Notes: a model not told the origin generated them from the letters alone. A DNA stretch of 64,000 nt from Candidatus Saccharimonadales bacterium (GCA_041751215.1 JBGSXW010000002.1:67123-131122); one strand, 5' to 3'. Shown: positions 32,281 to 41,421, numbered from the stretch's first letter. Program-made: numbers and translations.

Positions 32281-32955
32281 CTAGCTTGCTGCCAGGCCTG
32301 GCCGCATGCTTTGAAGTCGCTTGCGCAGGCTTTGGTAGTCTGGGCAACTGCGAGCCACCTCGTTCCAAAAATTGCGAGAGTGGTCCAGGAACTTTAGATG
32401 GCTTAGTTCATGAATAATAATGTAGTCGAGTAGCTCATCATCAAGCTGCGCACAGTAGATTGAAAAGTTTAAAGACCCTTGCTCGGTACAACTTCCCCAC
32501 CGCGAAGTCATATGCTTGACGCTAATAGACTTGTAGTTAACGTCGAGTTGTTTGGCGAGCTGATCTACTCGGGCAACAACTCGTTGCTTGCTCTCGATTC
32601 TTAGCGCCTTAACTGCTTGAGCTCTTGCTTCTTTGCTTAGATCTTTTCCTCCCTTGAGTCCAACATTAATCACTCCGTTCTTTGTGAATGAACGAGATAT
32701 GTCATGCCGAAGGGCTATGGTATGGTGGCGCCCAATTTTGGTACCCTCGACTGGATTAAAGCTATATTTGTCTCTGGTTTCAATTAACTTTGCGCGGTGA
32801 GTAAGACATAACGGCACAGCTGATCGATAGGGGGCAAAGAGGGGTATGCTAGCGGCAATGGTACCATCTGGCTTAACTCGCACAGTTATTCGCGTCTGGT
32901 GCCTGCGTTTTGTAACCGACACTGGTCCCAGCCCTTCAACTTGCAGTATCTTCAT
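32281..32955 (-). CDS. YgjP/DUF45-family metal-dependent hydrolase
   Basis: SRWGSC...IIHELSHLKFLDHSRNFW. Start set to ATG 32955, 1 nt after the upstream stop. Confidence 0.7.
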   Translation of the reverse strand: MKILQVEGLGPVSVTKRRHQTRITVRVKPDGTIAASIPLFAPYRSAVPLCLTHRAKLIETRDKYSFNPVEGTKIGRHHTIALRHDISRSFTKNGVINVGLKGGKDLSKEARAQAVKALRIESKQRVVARVDQLAKQLDVNYKSISVKHMTSRWGSCTEQGSLNFSIYCAQLDDELLDYIIIHELSHLKFLDHSRNFWNEVARSCPDYQSLRKRLQSMRPGLAAS

Positions 32956-32956
32956 G

Positions 32957-33544
32957 TTAACGAATGCTAATCTGGCGTCGCTTAAAGTCAACTCGCCCAC
33001 CAAGCTTTGCCTGTGGTGCTGCATCTTGGGCCGCTTTTTTGCCTGATGCACCCAACAGCCCAATGGCCATGAGTTTGCGCTCAATTACGGCAAGCTGAGA
33101 CTTAAATGGATGCTTACCACTTATAACTACCGAGTCTTCTTGGCTGGGCTTTTGCAGGTGCTTAGCTGCTGCAATAAAATCTGGTTTTGAAACAGCTTTA
33201 TTCTTAAGCAGTCGCTTCATTGCGGTGTCGGTATCTGTTTGAATCCAGACAACAATTGCATGGGCTTTGTGTTTTTGCGCAAGGTTTCGGAGTTTTCTGC
33301 GACGAGCCAGCCTAGAAGCGTCAATGTCGAGTATGACTGATCCTCCAGTTTTTAAGATCTCTTCAGTTATGTAGTCTGCCAGTTTATCTACATTTTCTGA
33401 GCCACCGAGCTCATTCGAGATGCGATCATCGTGAATGTGAGCCATGCCCAAGTGGCTTGATAGCGAAGCAGCAAATGTCGTCTTTCCGGCTCCAGGAAGT
33501 CCGATGACGATCATTAACGACGGCTGACTTACGCGCTTATCCAT
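32957..33544 (-). CDS. P-loop kinase-like ATP-binding protein (AAA_33-like)
   Basis: MIVIGLPGAGKTT Walker A. Start set to ATG 33544; the longer track ORF runs through tRNA-Trp. Confidence 0.55.
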   Translation of the reverse strand: MDKRVSQPSLMIVIGLPGAGKTTFAASLSSHLGMAHIHDDRISNELGGSENVDKLADYITEEILKTGGSVILDIDASRLARRRKLRNLAQKHKAHAIVVWIQTDTDTAMKRLLKNKAVSKPDFIAAAKHLQKPSQEDSVVISGKHPFKSQLAVIERKLMAIGLLGASGKKAAQDAAPQAKLGGRVDFKRRQISIR

Positions 33545-33678
33545 ACAACAATCTATACCAGAAAAACTCACTACATGAAAGAGAGGGCGCACCCTTTGCT
33601 CGACTGAGCCTTGAAAAAACCGTATGATATGTATAGTGTTTCTCAAGAAAGCGCACCTTGAATTTGGAAATTTTTGAT

Positions 33679-33754
33679 AGGAGTGTAGCTCAGTTGGTAG
33701 AGCACAGGTCTCCAAAACCTGGTGTCGGGGGTTCAAGTCCCTCCACTCCTGCCA
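33679..33754 (+). tRNA. tRNA-Trp (CCA), CCA end encoded
   Basis: AGGAGTGTAGCTCAGTTGGTAGAGCACAGGTCTCCAAAACCTGGTGTCGGGGGTTCAAGTCCCTCCACTCCTGCCA. Cloverleaf folds by hand. Confidence 0.9.
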
Positions 33755-33811
33755 AAAACGTCCAAATTTACGTACTAAAATGCGCCTAGTATAGTCTTTG
33801 CCTCAAAGTGC

Positions 33812-33840
33812 TTGTGCTCCTCTGTTAGATCCCCTATAAT
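33812..33840 (+). promoter_or_regulatory. sigma70-like promoter of the alpha-glucan operon
   Basis: TTGTGC 33812-33817, 17 nt, TATAAT 33835-33840. Confidence 0.5.
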
Positions 33841-33879
33841 TTACGCGAGATAAACGTAAGAATATTGCAGCGAGGTGGC

Positions 33880-35082
33880 GTGAAGGTATTGATGCTGGGC
33901 TGGGAGTTGCCCCCACACAACAGTGGCGGCTTAGGGGTGGCATGCTATCAGCTCTGCAAGTGGTTGGCTAGCGACAGCGTGGACATTGAATTTGTTATGC
34001 CATACCGACATGATCAGTCGGTAGAGTTTATGCGCATAACGAGCGCTACAAACTTGGAGCCAGGCAAAGACCTGCCATTTGTCGGAGCGTACGAAAGCAA
34101 TACCTACAAGCTAGCCAATCTTTCTGGCGCACCCCAACCCATACAGGACCTCTTTGGTCTAGAGACTTATTATCAAAAAGCCATTGAGCGGATAGTCCCT
34201 CTACGGCAGTTTGATGTTATCCACGCTCACGACTGGCTGACCTTTAGGGCGGGCCTTCGGGCTAAGGAGTTAACGGGTGCGCCGCTGATTGTCCACTTTC
34301 ATGCTACTGAATTTGACCGAGCTGGCGGTAACCCCGGCAACCCGTTAGTTCATGAAATCGAAGCCGAAACCTTGCAACTCGCTGATCGTGTGATTGCCGT
34401 TAGCAACCACACTAAACAGGTGTTGATTGAGGGCTATAACGTTCCCGAGTCGACTATAGAAGTGGTTCACAACGGACTCGACACTGAGTCGCTTCTTGAT
34501 CCTGTAGAAAACTCAACCCTTAAGTACATCGACCAGCTTAAGGCTGATGGCTACGGGGTTGTAGTTAACGTTGGTCGCTTAACTATGCACAAGGGACTTG
34601 CAAATCTTTTAGAAGCGGCTAAAAAAGTAATTGATAAGCAGCCAAAGACGGTGTTTCTGATCGGCGGTGACGGCGAACAGTATCAAGAGCTTGTAGAAAG
34701 GTCTGCGGATTTGGGCATTGCCTTCAATGTAATTTTTACCGGCTTCTTACGAGGATCTAGGTGGCGCGATGTCTTTGCGCAGGGTGATCTGTTTGTTTTG
34801 CCCTCTATTTCTGAACCATTTGGCTTGACGCCGCTCGAGGCGGCTTTTTATCGCATGCCCTCGGTCGTTTCTAAGCAAGCTGGAATTGCCGAGGTGTTTC
34901 GTAGCTGCTTAAAGGTTGATCATTGGGATGTAGATAAAATGGCCGATCAAATACTGTCAGTGCTTAATCACCAAGGCCTTCATGATGAGTTGGCAAATAA
35001 TGCTTTTGCTGAGCTGTCGTCGTTTAAGTGGCAAAAACCAGCCAGCAACATTAAACAAATTTACGACGGAGTTACGGCATGA
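33880..35082 (+). CDS. glycogen-synthase-like glycosyltransferase (GT4/GT5)
   Basis: (M)KVLMLGWELPPHNSGGLG and EPFGLTPLEA. GTG 33880 after GAGG preferred over TTG 33865. Confidence 0.7.
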   Translation: MKVLMLGWELPPHNSGGLGVACYQLCKWLASDSVDIEFVMPYRHDQSVEFMRITSATNLEPGKDLPFVGAYESNTYKLANLSGAPQPIQDLFGLETYYQKAIERIVPLRQFDVIHAHDWLTFRAGLRAKELTGAPLIVHFHATEFDRAGGNPGNPLVHEIEAETLQLADRVIAVSNHTKQVLIEGYNVPESTIEVVHNGLDTESLLDPVENSTLKYIDQLKADGYGVVVNVGRLTMHKGLANLLEAAKKVIDKQPKTVFLIGGDGEQYQELVERSADLGIAFNVIFTGFLRGSRWRDVFAQGDLFVLPSISEPFGLTPLEAAFYRMPSVVSKQAGIAEVFRSCLKVDHWDVDKMADQILSVLNHQGLHDELANNAFAELSSFKWQKPASNIKQIYDGVTA

Positions 35083-36287
35083 GTCGCAGCGTCTGCCTTT
35101 ACATGCACGTTCATCAGCCGTTTAGGGTTGGAGCGTATTCGATCTTCGACGTAGGCAACCGCCACGATTACTTTGACAGCCCTGATGACTCCCCTTTTAG
35201 TAACCGTTCATTGATTGATAAAGTTTCGGCCAAGTCGTACCTTCCCACGAACAAACTTCTCAAACAACTACTAGATCAACACGATGATTTTAAGCTCAGC
35301 CTTTCGATTACCGGCGTTGTGATCGAGCAGCTCGAGAAGTGGCGTCCAGACGTTCTCGATACATTTAAGGAGTTGGTGAACACAGGTAAGGTTGAGCTGC
35401 TGTCGGAAACCTACCACCACAGCCTGGCTTTCTTCTATCATCGGCAGGAGTTTGAGGCTCAAGTTGAAATGCATAGACAAAAAATTCGCGATGTTTTTGG
35501 AGTAGAGACTAAGGTTTTTAGAAACACTGAGCTTTCATACAACAATGAGCTCGCAGATTGGGCAAAGCAGGCGGGTTTTGAGGGTGTACTGCTCGAGGGT
35601 TGGGATCCAGTCTTGGAATGGCGCAGTCCAAACTATGTTTATGGTTCACCGGGCGACAACGGAATTCCGTTGCTACTTAAAAATTACCGTCTATCCGATG
35701 ACATTGCCTTTAGGTTTTCTGAACAGAGTTGGCACGGCTGGCCCTTAACGGCTGATAAATTTGTGGATTGGCTAGACGCCATACCAGATGACCAGCCACT
35801 AGTTAACTTGTTTGTAGATTATGAAACCTTCGGCGAGCATCAGTGGGAAGAAAGCGGCATATTTACCTTTCTCGAGAATATGCCAGAACTCTTTTTAGAA
35901 AAAAGTGGTAATAGTTTTAAGACTGTTTCTGAGGCCATTGCCATGATGGATCCTGTAGATGTTATCGACGTGCCTGATGTTTTAACCTGGGCCGACACAG
36001 AACGAGATCTCTCGGCATGGACTGGTAATTCGATGCAGCAAGAAGCTCTAAAATCACTTTACGATTTAGCTCCGCGCATCGAAGAGAAGTTTGATCTAGC
36101 AATTTGGGAAGATTGGCGAAAACTACAAACGTCGGACCATCTCTACTATATGTGCACCAAATGGTTTAACGACGGTGACATCCATGCCTACTTTAGTCCT
36201 TACGAGTCTCCCTATGAAGCGTTTATCTATTACATGAATGCGCTTCGGGATATTGATTATCGTTTGCGCTCGGAGGGTCAAAACTAA
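35079..36287 (+). CDS. GH57-family glycoside hydrolase (alpha-amylase / glucanotransferase type)
   Basis: LYMHVHQPFRV, DYETFGEH. Confidence 0.7.
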   Translation: MSRSVCLYMHVHQPFRVGAYSIFDVGNRHDYFDSPDDSPFSNRSLIDKVSAKSYLPTNKLLKQLLDQHDDFKLSLSITGVVIEQLEKWRPDVLDTFKELVNTGKVELLSETYHHSLAFFYHRQEFEAQVEMHRQKIRDVFGVETKVFRNTELSYNNELADWAKQAGFEGVLLEGWDPVLEWRSPNYVYGSPGDNGIPLLLKNYRLSDDIAFRFSEQSWHGWPLTADKFVDWLDAIPDDQPLVNLFVDYETFGEHQWEESGIFTFLENMPELFLEKSGNSFKTVSEAIAMMDPVDVIDVPDVLTWADTERDLSAWTGNSMQQEALKSLYDLAPRIEEKFDLAIWEDWRKLQTSDHLYYMCTKWFNDGDIHAYFSPYESPYEAFIYYMNALRDIDYRLRSEGQN

Positions 36288-38245
36288 TGTCGCGGCCAAT
36301 ATCACTCGCAAACGGCAGCATGCTAATCGGCCTAGATCGCTATGGCTTGGTCCATGACTTTTACTATCCGTATGTTGGCATGGAAAATCACGCCAATGCC
36401 CGAGGGATGCGTCACCGCATCGGCGTATACGTCGACGACCAATTTAGCTGGCTCGACGACGGCAGCTGGCAAGTAGATCTATCCCTTGAGGAAGAGGCAA
36501 TGATGGGGCGCGTCAGTGCGGTTAATGATCATCTGGAGCTAGCGTTAGAGTTTACAGACTTTGTTGACTTTAACTACAACGTCTTATGCCGCAACGTTCA
36601 TGTGCTTAACAAGTCAGATAGAAACCGAGAAGTTCGGCTCTTCTTTCATCAAGTTTTTAGAATCTCAGATTCAAACCGCGGCGACACGGCTCTTTACGTA
36701 CCTGAAGATCACTACATCTTGGATTACAAAGGTCGATGCAGCTTTTTGATCTACGCCGAAAAGGCTGATGGCACTCCTTTTGATCAGTACAGTATTGGAA
36801 TCCACGGTATTGAAGGCAAAGAAGGAACTTATCGTGACGCCGAGGACGGAGTGCTAGAAGGCCATCCAGTAGAGCATGGTTCGGTGGACTCTACCGTGCG
36901 CTTAACTTGCAATCTGTCTGCCCTATCTTCCGAAAGAGTTCACTACTGGGTTGCAGCCGCTGGAAGTCATGACGATGCGCTAAAAGTGCACCAACTGCTT
37001 GTAGGAGATGGCTTTACCGATCGGCAAGAAAAAACTCAGCAAGCCTGGTCGGAATGGTTAACAACTGCAAAAAACAACAATCTTAAATTTGAGAACAATA
37101 ACCTAAAGCAACGGTTTAACCAGTCCTTGTTCATCATCAAGTCTCACATCGACCGTCGCGGTTCGATTCTGGCTTCTGGCGATTCTACGATGCTTAACTA
37201 CGCCCGAGACAATTACAGCTACTGTTGGCCGCGCGATGCCGCATATGTGCTATGGCCACTAATCAGACTTGGGTACAGCGAGGAGCCACGGGCTTTCTTT
37301 GAGTTTGCCCGAGATGTGCTAACAGAGCGCGGCGCCCTAATGCATAAGTTTCAGCCAGACAGAGCAGTTGGCAGTACCTGGCACCCACTAGTCCACAAAG
37401 GAAAGCCGGAGCTTGCTATCCAAGAGGACGAAACCGGCATTGTGCTTTTCATGCTGCACCAGTACCTTCAATACTCAAAGGACGAGGACTTTGTTAGGCG
37501 AGTCTATAGCTCGTTGACCCAACCATCGGCTAACTTTTTAGAGAACTTCATTGATAAGTCAACCGGCCTGCCGCATGCCAGCTATGACTTATGGGAGGAG
37601 AAGTTCTTAACTAGCGCCTACACTACGGCTACTGTCTATGCTGGACTAATGGCGGCATCAAAAATGGCCGAGCAATTTGAGTATCCTGATGATTCTGTGC
37701 GTTGGCAAGCTGCCGCCGCCGAACTTAAACGAGCGGCGCAAAAGAAGTTCTTTAATGCCGACAAACAGTATTTTTATAAGGGCTTTTTGCTTGATGCCGA
37801 CGCAAGCAAAGAGCTCGAGTATGACTCTACCATCGACACTTCGAGCCTTTACGGAGCAGTCATGTTTGGACTTTATCCGTTGGACCACGAACATATTAGT
37901 GTGTCACTCAAAACCTTAGAAACCGAGCTGCTCAATTCTGCACCAGTTGGTGGTGTCCCACGCTATGAAAATGATCAATACTGTCGACCTGAGCATGATG
38001 ATCCACACAATGGAAATCCTTGGTTCGTGACAACTTTATGGTTGGCCCAAATTTATATAGAACTAAGACGTCTTGATGACGCTAAGAAATTAATTGACTG
38101 GACGCTCTCGCACACTTTGAGCACTGGCGTTCTCTCGGAGCAGATTAATCCAGAGACCGGCGATCCATTATCAGTCGCTCCGCTAATCTGGAGCAGCGCA
38201 GAGCTGGTAAGTACCATCATTGACATTGCCGAGGAGGAATCATGA
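36287..38245 (+). CDS. GH15-family glycoside hydrolase (glucoamylase/glucodextranase type)
   Basis: YSYCWPRDAAY and the (alpha/alpha)6-typical WEE...TSAYT segments. Confidence 0.7.
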   Translation: MSRPISLANGSMLIGLDRYGLVHDFYYPYVGMENHANARGMRHRIGVYVDDQFSWLDDGSWQVDLSLEEEAMMGRVSAVNDHLELALEFTDFVDFNYNVLCRNVHVLNKSDRNREVRLFFHQVFRISDSNRGDTALYVPEDHYILDYKGRCSFLIYAEKADGTPFDQYSIGIHGIEGKEGTYRDAEDGVLEGHPVEHGSVDSTVRLTCNLSALSSERVHYWVAAAGSHDDALKVHQLLVGDGFTDRQEKTQQAWSEWLTTAKNNNLKFENNNLKQRFNQSLFIIKSHIDRRGSILASGDSTMLNYARDNYSYCWPRDAAYVLWPLIRLGYSEEPRAFFEFARDVLTERGALMHKFQPDRAVGSTWHPLVHKGKPELAIQEDETGIVLFMLHQYLQYSKDEDFVRRVYSSLTQPSANFLENFIDKSTGLPHASYDLWEEKFLTSAYTTATVYAGLMAASKMAEQFEYPDDSVRWQAAAAELKRAAQKKFFNADKQYFYKGFLLDADASKELEYDSTIDTSSLYGAVMFGLYPLDHEHISVSLKTLETELLNSAPVGGVPRYENDQYCRPEHDDPHNGNPWFVTTLWLAQIYIELRRLDDAKKLIDWTLSHTLSTGVLSEQINPETGDPLSVAPLIWSSAELVSTIIDIAEEES

Positions 38246-38847
38246 AGAAACACCTAAAGAAAGCAGTACACGCAGTTAAAAAACCGAACTATGTTTTGCT
38301 CTTTTCGAAGCGCCACGATCTGGTTTTTTTTGGAGACGTCGGCGCTAAAGACGAGATCCAAACACCAAAAGGCTTCACTTATAGTGCCAAGGCTGTAGAC
38401 AGTTCATACGCCCACGGCAATCTTCAAGGATTTGAGCTAAGCGTCCTAATAAGACAAAGCAGTCGCGGTAGCGCCAAGACAACAGTGGTGCGCGTATACC
38501 TTACTAGATCAGAGCTGCCGCACTTTTTAAGTTTTAGTAACGAATTACCATTAGACTTTCAGAATGCTGCTTTATCTTCGGATAGCAATCTGCACGATTA
38601 TCAACTTGTTGGTCTCAATAACTCCAGAAGATTTATCGGCCAGCCCCAAGCAGTCGTGGATTTTAATCAAAGAGTTGCCGTGGCAGTGCCACAGATTATG
38701 AACCTACCACCACAGGTTAGTTTGGAAATTAAAGATAGCGATTTAATACTGGCAGACCATCGGCCACTGAGTAGCGTCAATCAGCTCGAAGAACTAGTTG
38801 GCAGTGCTTTAACATTGGCTTCAGCTCTAGAGGAAGTAAACGAGTAA
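38242..38847 (+). CDS. hypothetical protein (201 aa), last gene of the glucan operon
   Basis: ATGA overlap with the GH15 stop. No family recognised. Confidence 0.5.
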   Translation: MKKHLKKAVHAVKKPNYVLLFSKRHDLVFFGDVGAKDEIQTPKGFTYSAKAVDSSYAHGNLQGFELSVLIRQSSRGSAKTTVVRVYLTRSELPHFLSFSNELPLDFQNAALSSDSNLHDYQLVGLNNSRRFIGQPQAVVDFNQRVAVAVPQIMNLPPQVSLEIKDSDLILADHRPLSSVNQLEELVGSALTLASALEEVNE

Positions 38848-38849
38848 AA

Positions 38850-39038
38850 CTATTCGTTTCGACCTAAGTTCTTTTTGGTCTCAACGTATTTAGCATGCTT
38901 GCGAGCAACTGGGTCGTACTTCTTTAGTTCGAGCTTGTCTGGAGTATTTTGTGTGTTCTTTTTAGTTACGTACGTGCGATGACCGCTCAGTTCGCTGACT
39001 AAGCCGACAATCTTGCGCTTTGCACCCTTTTTGGCCAT
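38850..39038 (-). CDS. rpmG: 50S ribosomal protein L33 (Cys-free form)
   Basis: [48 protein letters not shown]. Confidence 0.85.
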   Translation of the reverse strand: MAKKGAKRKIVGLVSELSGHRTYVTKKNTQNTPDKLELKKYDPVARKHAKYVETKKNLGRNE

Positions 39039-39068
39039 CTTATTTCCTTAACTTTATCAATCTGATGT

Positions 39069-39096
39069 ATTTTATCATTAACAGTAGTAATTGCAA
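39069..39096 (-). promoter_or_regulatory. sigma70-like promoter for rpmG
   Basis: Minus strand: TTGCAA (39096-39091), 16 nt, TAAAAT (39074-39069). Confidence 0.45.
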
Positions 39097-39114
39097 CTGG
39101 AAATATGGGCAGTA

Positions 39115-39273
39115 GCCTGTTTGGCAATTCGCTTTTAGTTATAAAATCATGAGTTTTGTGCGAAAACGATGAAGAACGAGGAGGCATCCGCCAGTCGGCG
39201 GACGTTGACGAGTTCTGAATTGTTTGCAGCCAAAAAGAGTGGTTTTAGGATAAAATGGAATTATCAAACAGGC
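39115..39273 (+). ncRNA. candidate structured RNA / repeat element, copy S1 (unclassified)
   Basis: Closing helix GCCUGUUUG/CAAACAGGC. Collinear homology to 20154-20001 with compensatory changes in 3 helices. Confidence 0.5.
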
Positions 39274-39307
39274 TACATTAGTTTACAATGCTCTGGTACT
39301 GTTTTAT

Positions 39308-39382
39308 GCCTCGATAGCTCAGTGGTAGAGCGCATCCATGGTAAGGATGAGGTCGCGAGTTCAATCCTCGCTCGAGGCTCCA
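39308..39382 (+). tRNA. tRNA-Thr (GGU), CCA encoded
   Basis: GCCTCGATAGCTCAGTGGTAGAGCGCATCCATGGTAAGGATGAGGTCGCGAGTTCAATCCTCGCTCGAGGCTCCA. Confidence 0.9.
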
Positions 39383-39473
39383 TGCAGATTGACTGTCATC
39401 CTTGAATTGTTAACTCCGTACTTCGCTCCCGCCTTTCAGGCGATCGCTCGTCTCATCGCCAAGACTTTTGGCC

Positions 39474-39509
39474 ATGAGGTCGCGAGTTCAATCCTCGCTC
39501 GAGGCTCCA
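39474..39509 (+). repeat. perfect 36-bp duplicate of the tRNA-Thr(GGU) 3' end (att-like)
   Basis: 39474-39509 is identical to 39347-39382 (ATGAGGTCGCGAGTTCAATCCTCGCTCGAGGCTCCA). Confidence 0.9.
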
Positions 39510-39521
39510 GAAGTTCATAAT

Positions 39522-39551
39522 AAAATCACCGCCTCCACAGCGGTGATTTTT
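39522..39551 (+). terminator. rho-independent terminator
   Basis: ATCACCGC / GCGGTGAT 8-bp stem, 7-nt loop, T5. Confidence 0.7.
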
Positions 39552-39644
39552 GTGCAATTGCACACCTCCCTAAACTCAACCCGACCCTACTCCAGTCCTT
39601 TCAGATGATCTCGCATGACATCCGAAGTGGTGGACTCGTAGTTC

Positions 39645-39721
39645 TGGAGCCGGTGGAGGGATTCGAACCCACGACCCACGGTTTACAAAACCGTTGCTCT
39701 GGCCATCTGAGCTACACCGGC
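39645..39721 (-). tRNA. tRNA-Thr (UGU), CCA encoded
   Basis: Minus strand GCCGGTGTAGCTCAGATGGCCAGAGCAACGGTTTTGTAAACCGTGGGTCGTGGGTTCGAATCCCTCCACCGGCTCCA. One U-U in the T stem. Confidence 0.85.
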
Positions 39722-39868
39722 ATTAACCGTTGATCGCACTAGCATAATGCTAATGTCTTCCCTCCGCGCAGTTTACTGCGTTTAAACTGAAACGAACTTT
39801 GTTCAGTCACTACATGATAGCAGCGAACTTTCTCGAGAGCAACGGCTCATAAAAGCGCTTGTGTAAAA

Positions 39869-40522
39869 CTAGTAGATAACTCGGCGTGGACGCGTGATGG
39901 TCTTTGGTTTTGTCTTTGACTTCTCGGCTCGCTTAAGTTTTTGCTTAACCAGCTTGGCTTCATCGTTTTGACCAGTAAATTCGTAGGCCTGAGCAAGTAG
40001 TCTTAGAGTCTGCGCGCTGGGCTCGAGCTCTACGGCTTGAGTTAAAGATGCAATCATCTGAGGTCCGTTGCCAAGTTTTTCTTGAACTTTAGCGTATGCA
40101 ATGTGTCTAGCGGCTAGGTTGTCCTCGAGTTTCAGTGCGGCTTCAAATGCGGCTGCGGCTTTCTCGTAGTTTTCAGTCTCGTAGTAGATAAGCCCCAAGT
40201 TGTGCAGACTTGGCGCACTAGGCTGAATACTAGAGGCAATCTCAAAACACTCGATTGCGTCCTTGTATTCCTTTTGACGAGAATAAAGGATCCCCAGTCT
40301 GTTATAGGCTGGGGCGTTGCGCTTATCTAGACGCAAGATTGTCAGTAAAGCTTTTTCCGCCCGCAAATAATGCCGATCGCGCATTCCCGCTTGAGCAATT
40401 TCAGCCAATTTCTGTAGTCGTAAACTAAGTTTTTGCGACAATGGCGTCATACTTCGCTCGGCCTGATGAAGGCTGAGGAGTGCAATAATTCCAAATAGTC
40501 CGATGGCACCGCTTGCTAACAT
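39869..40522 (-). CDS. membrane-anchored TPR-repeat protein
   Basis: N-terminal TM helix followed by repeated A..Y...G.....A...F..AL TPR-like units. Confidence 0.6.
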   Translation of the reverse strand: MLASGAIGLFGIIALLSLHQAERSMTPLSQKLSLRLQKLAEIAQAGMRDRHYLRAEKALLTILRLDKRNAPAYNRLGILYSRQKEYKDAIECFEIASSIQPSAPSLHNLGLIYYETENYEKAAAAFEAALKLEDNLAARHIAYAKVQEKLGNGPQMIASLTQAVELEPSAQTLRLLAQAYEFTGQNDEAKLVKQKLKRAEKSKTKPKTITRPRRVIY

Positions 40523-40568
40523 TTAAGAAATTATACCACGCAACTACACAAAACTTAGATCTAGCCCC

Positions 40569-41420
40569 CTAGATCGCCATGCAGAGATTAGTAGCAGCTA
40601 GCTTTACGTTGGCATTGCGCACAAGAGCTTCACGTACCTTGTATGAGGCTTCTAGCTTTTCGAGCAGGCTGTTTAGCTGCTTGGTGTTGTTAGACCTGGC
40701 AGATAGCCGAACGGCGCTCCCTAGTACAATCGAAAGTGCCTCGACCAGCCCGATTAGCGCACGTCGGTCAGCTAGCTTTATTTCAGAACTTGTTAGCCGC
40801 TCGTGACTGGTTTGAGATAAAAACTGCTTTGCCAAAGATATATTATGCTTAAAATCGTCGTCTTCGGGCGCATCATTGCTAAGTAAGCTTTGGATTAGTT
40901 CAATTCGCCCACCGGTGGATATCAAAAGTCGCTCTAGCGAAGGGGTTTGATCCTTGCTAAAGTGTTCTCGCAGTAGATTAGCTGGCGGATCGAATATTTC
41001 GAGCCGACCTAGCCTCGAGCAGACGGTTTTAAGCAATAGATCTGGCTGGGTGGTGGCAACAATAAAGTATGTGTTTTGACCAGGTTCTTCAAAAGTCTTT
41101 AAAAGAGCATTCTGAGCCTCATTTGTCATTCGCTCGGCGCGGTTCATTACAATAAATCGCAGTTGATCTGGCTGGGCCCGATGTTTTAGGCGACCCAAGA
41201 GCAAGCGAGCTTCATCAACCGTGATGCTTTCTTTGTCTTCTGTGCTGGCATCAATAATCTCAACTTTGCTAAATCGACTCGTAATTTCAGACACCAAGTA
41301 CTCGGTGATGGTTTTAATCCCGCACCCAGGAGCTCCAGTAACGAGCAGGCTGAAAGGTCTCTGTAAAAAGCCTTCTAGCTCAGATTCAGTTAAAGGATGA
41401 AGCGGTATCGATGAATTCAT
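40569..41420 (-). CDS. holB: DNA polymerase III delta-prime-like clamp-loader subunit
   Basis: LLVTGAPGCGIKT, LLKTFEEP, VCSRL. Start set to ATG 41420. Confidence 0.65.
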   Translation of the reverse strand: MNSSIPLHPLTESELEGFLQRPFSLLVTGAPGCGIKTITEYLVSEITSRFSKVEIIDASTEDKESITVDEARLLLGRLKHRAQPDQLRFIVMNRAERMTNEAQNALLKTFEEPGQNTYFIVATTQPDLLLKTVCSRLGRLEIFDPPANLLREHFSKDQTPSLERLLISTGGRIELIQSLLSNDAPEDDDFKHNISLAKQFLSQTSHERLTSSEIKLADRRALIGLVEALSIVLGSAVRLSARSNNTKQLNSLLEKLEASYKVREALVRNANVKLAATNLCMAI

Positions 41421-41421
41421 A

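Noticed and set aside
33611-33637. TTGAAA-15 nt-TATAGT as the tRNA-Trp promoter
   Set aside because: The spacer is only 15 nt, too weak to report as a feature.
33545-33736. N-terminal 64 codons of the track ORF 32957..33736
   Set aside because: This extension reads antisense through tRNA-Trp (33679-33754). The Walker-A protein starts plausibly at ATG 33544.
39169-39520. Two plus-strand ORFs (39169..39405, 39338..39520) sharing the peptide EVASSILARGS
   Set aside because: They are translations through tRNA-Thr(GGU) and its 36-bp 3'-end duplicate. The shared peptide only reflects the DNA repeat.
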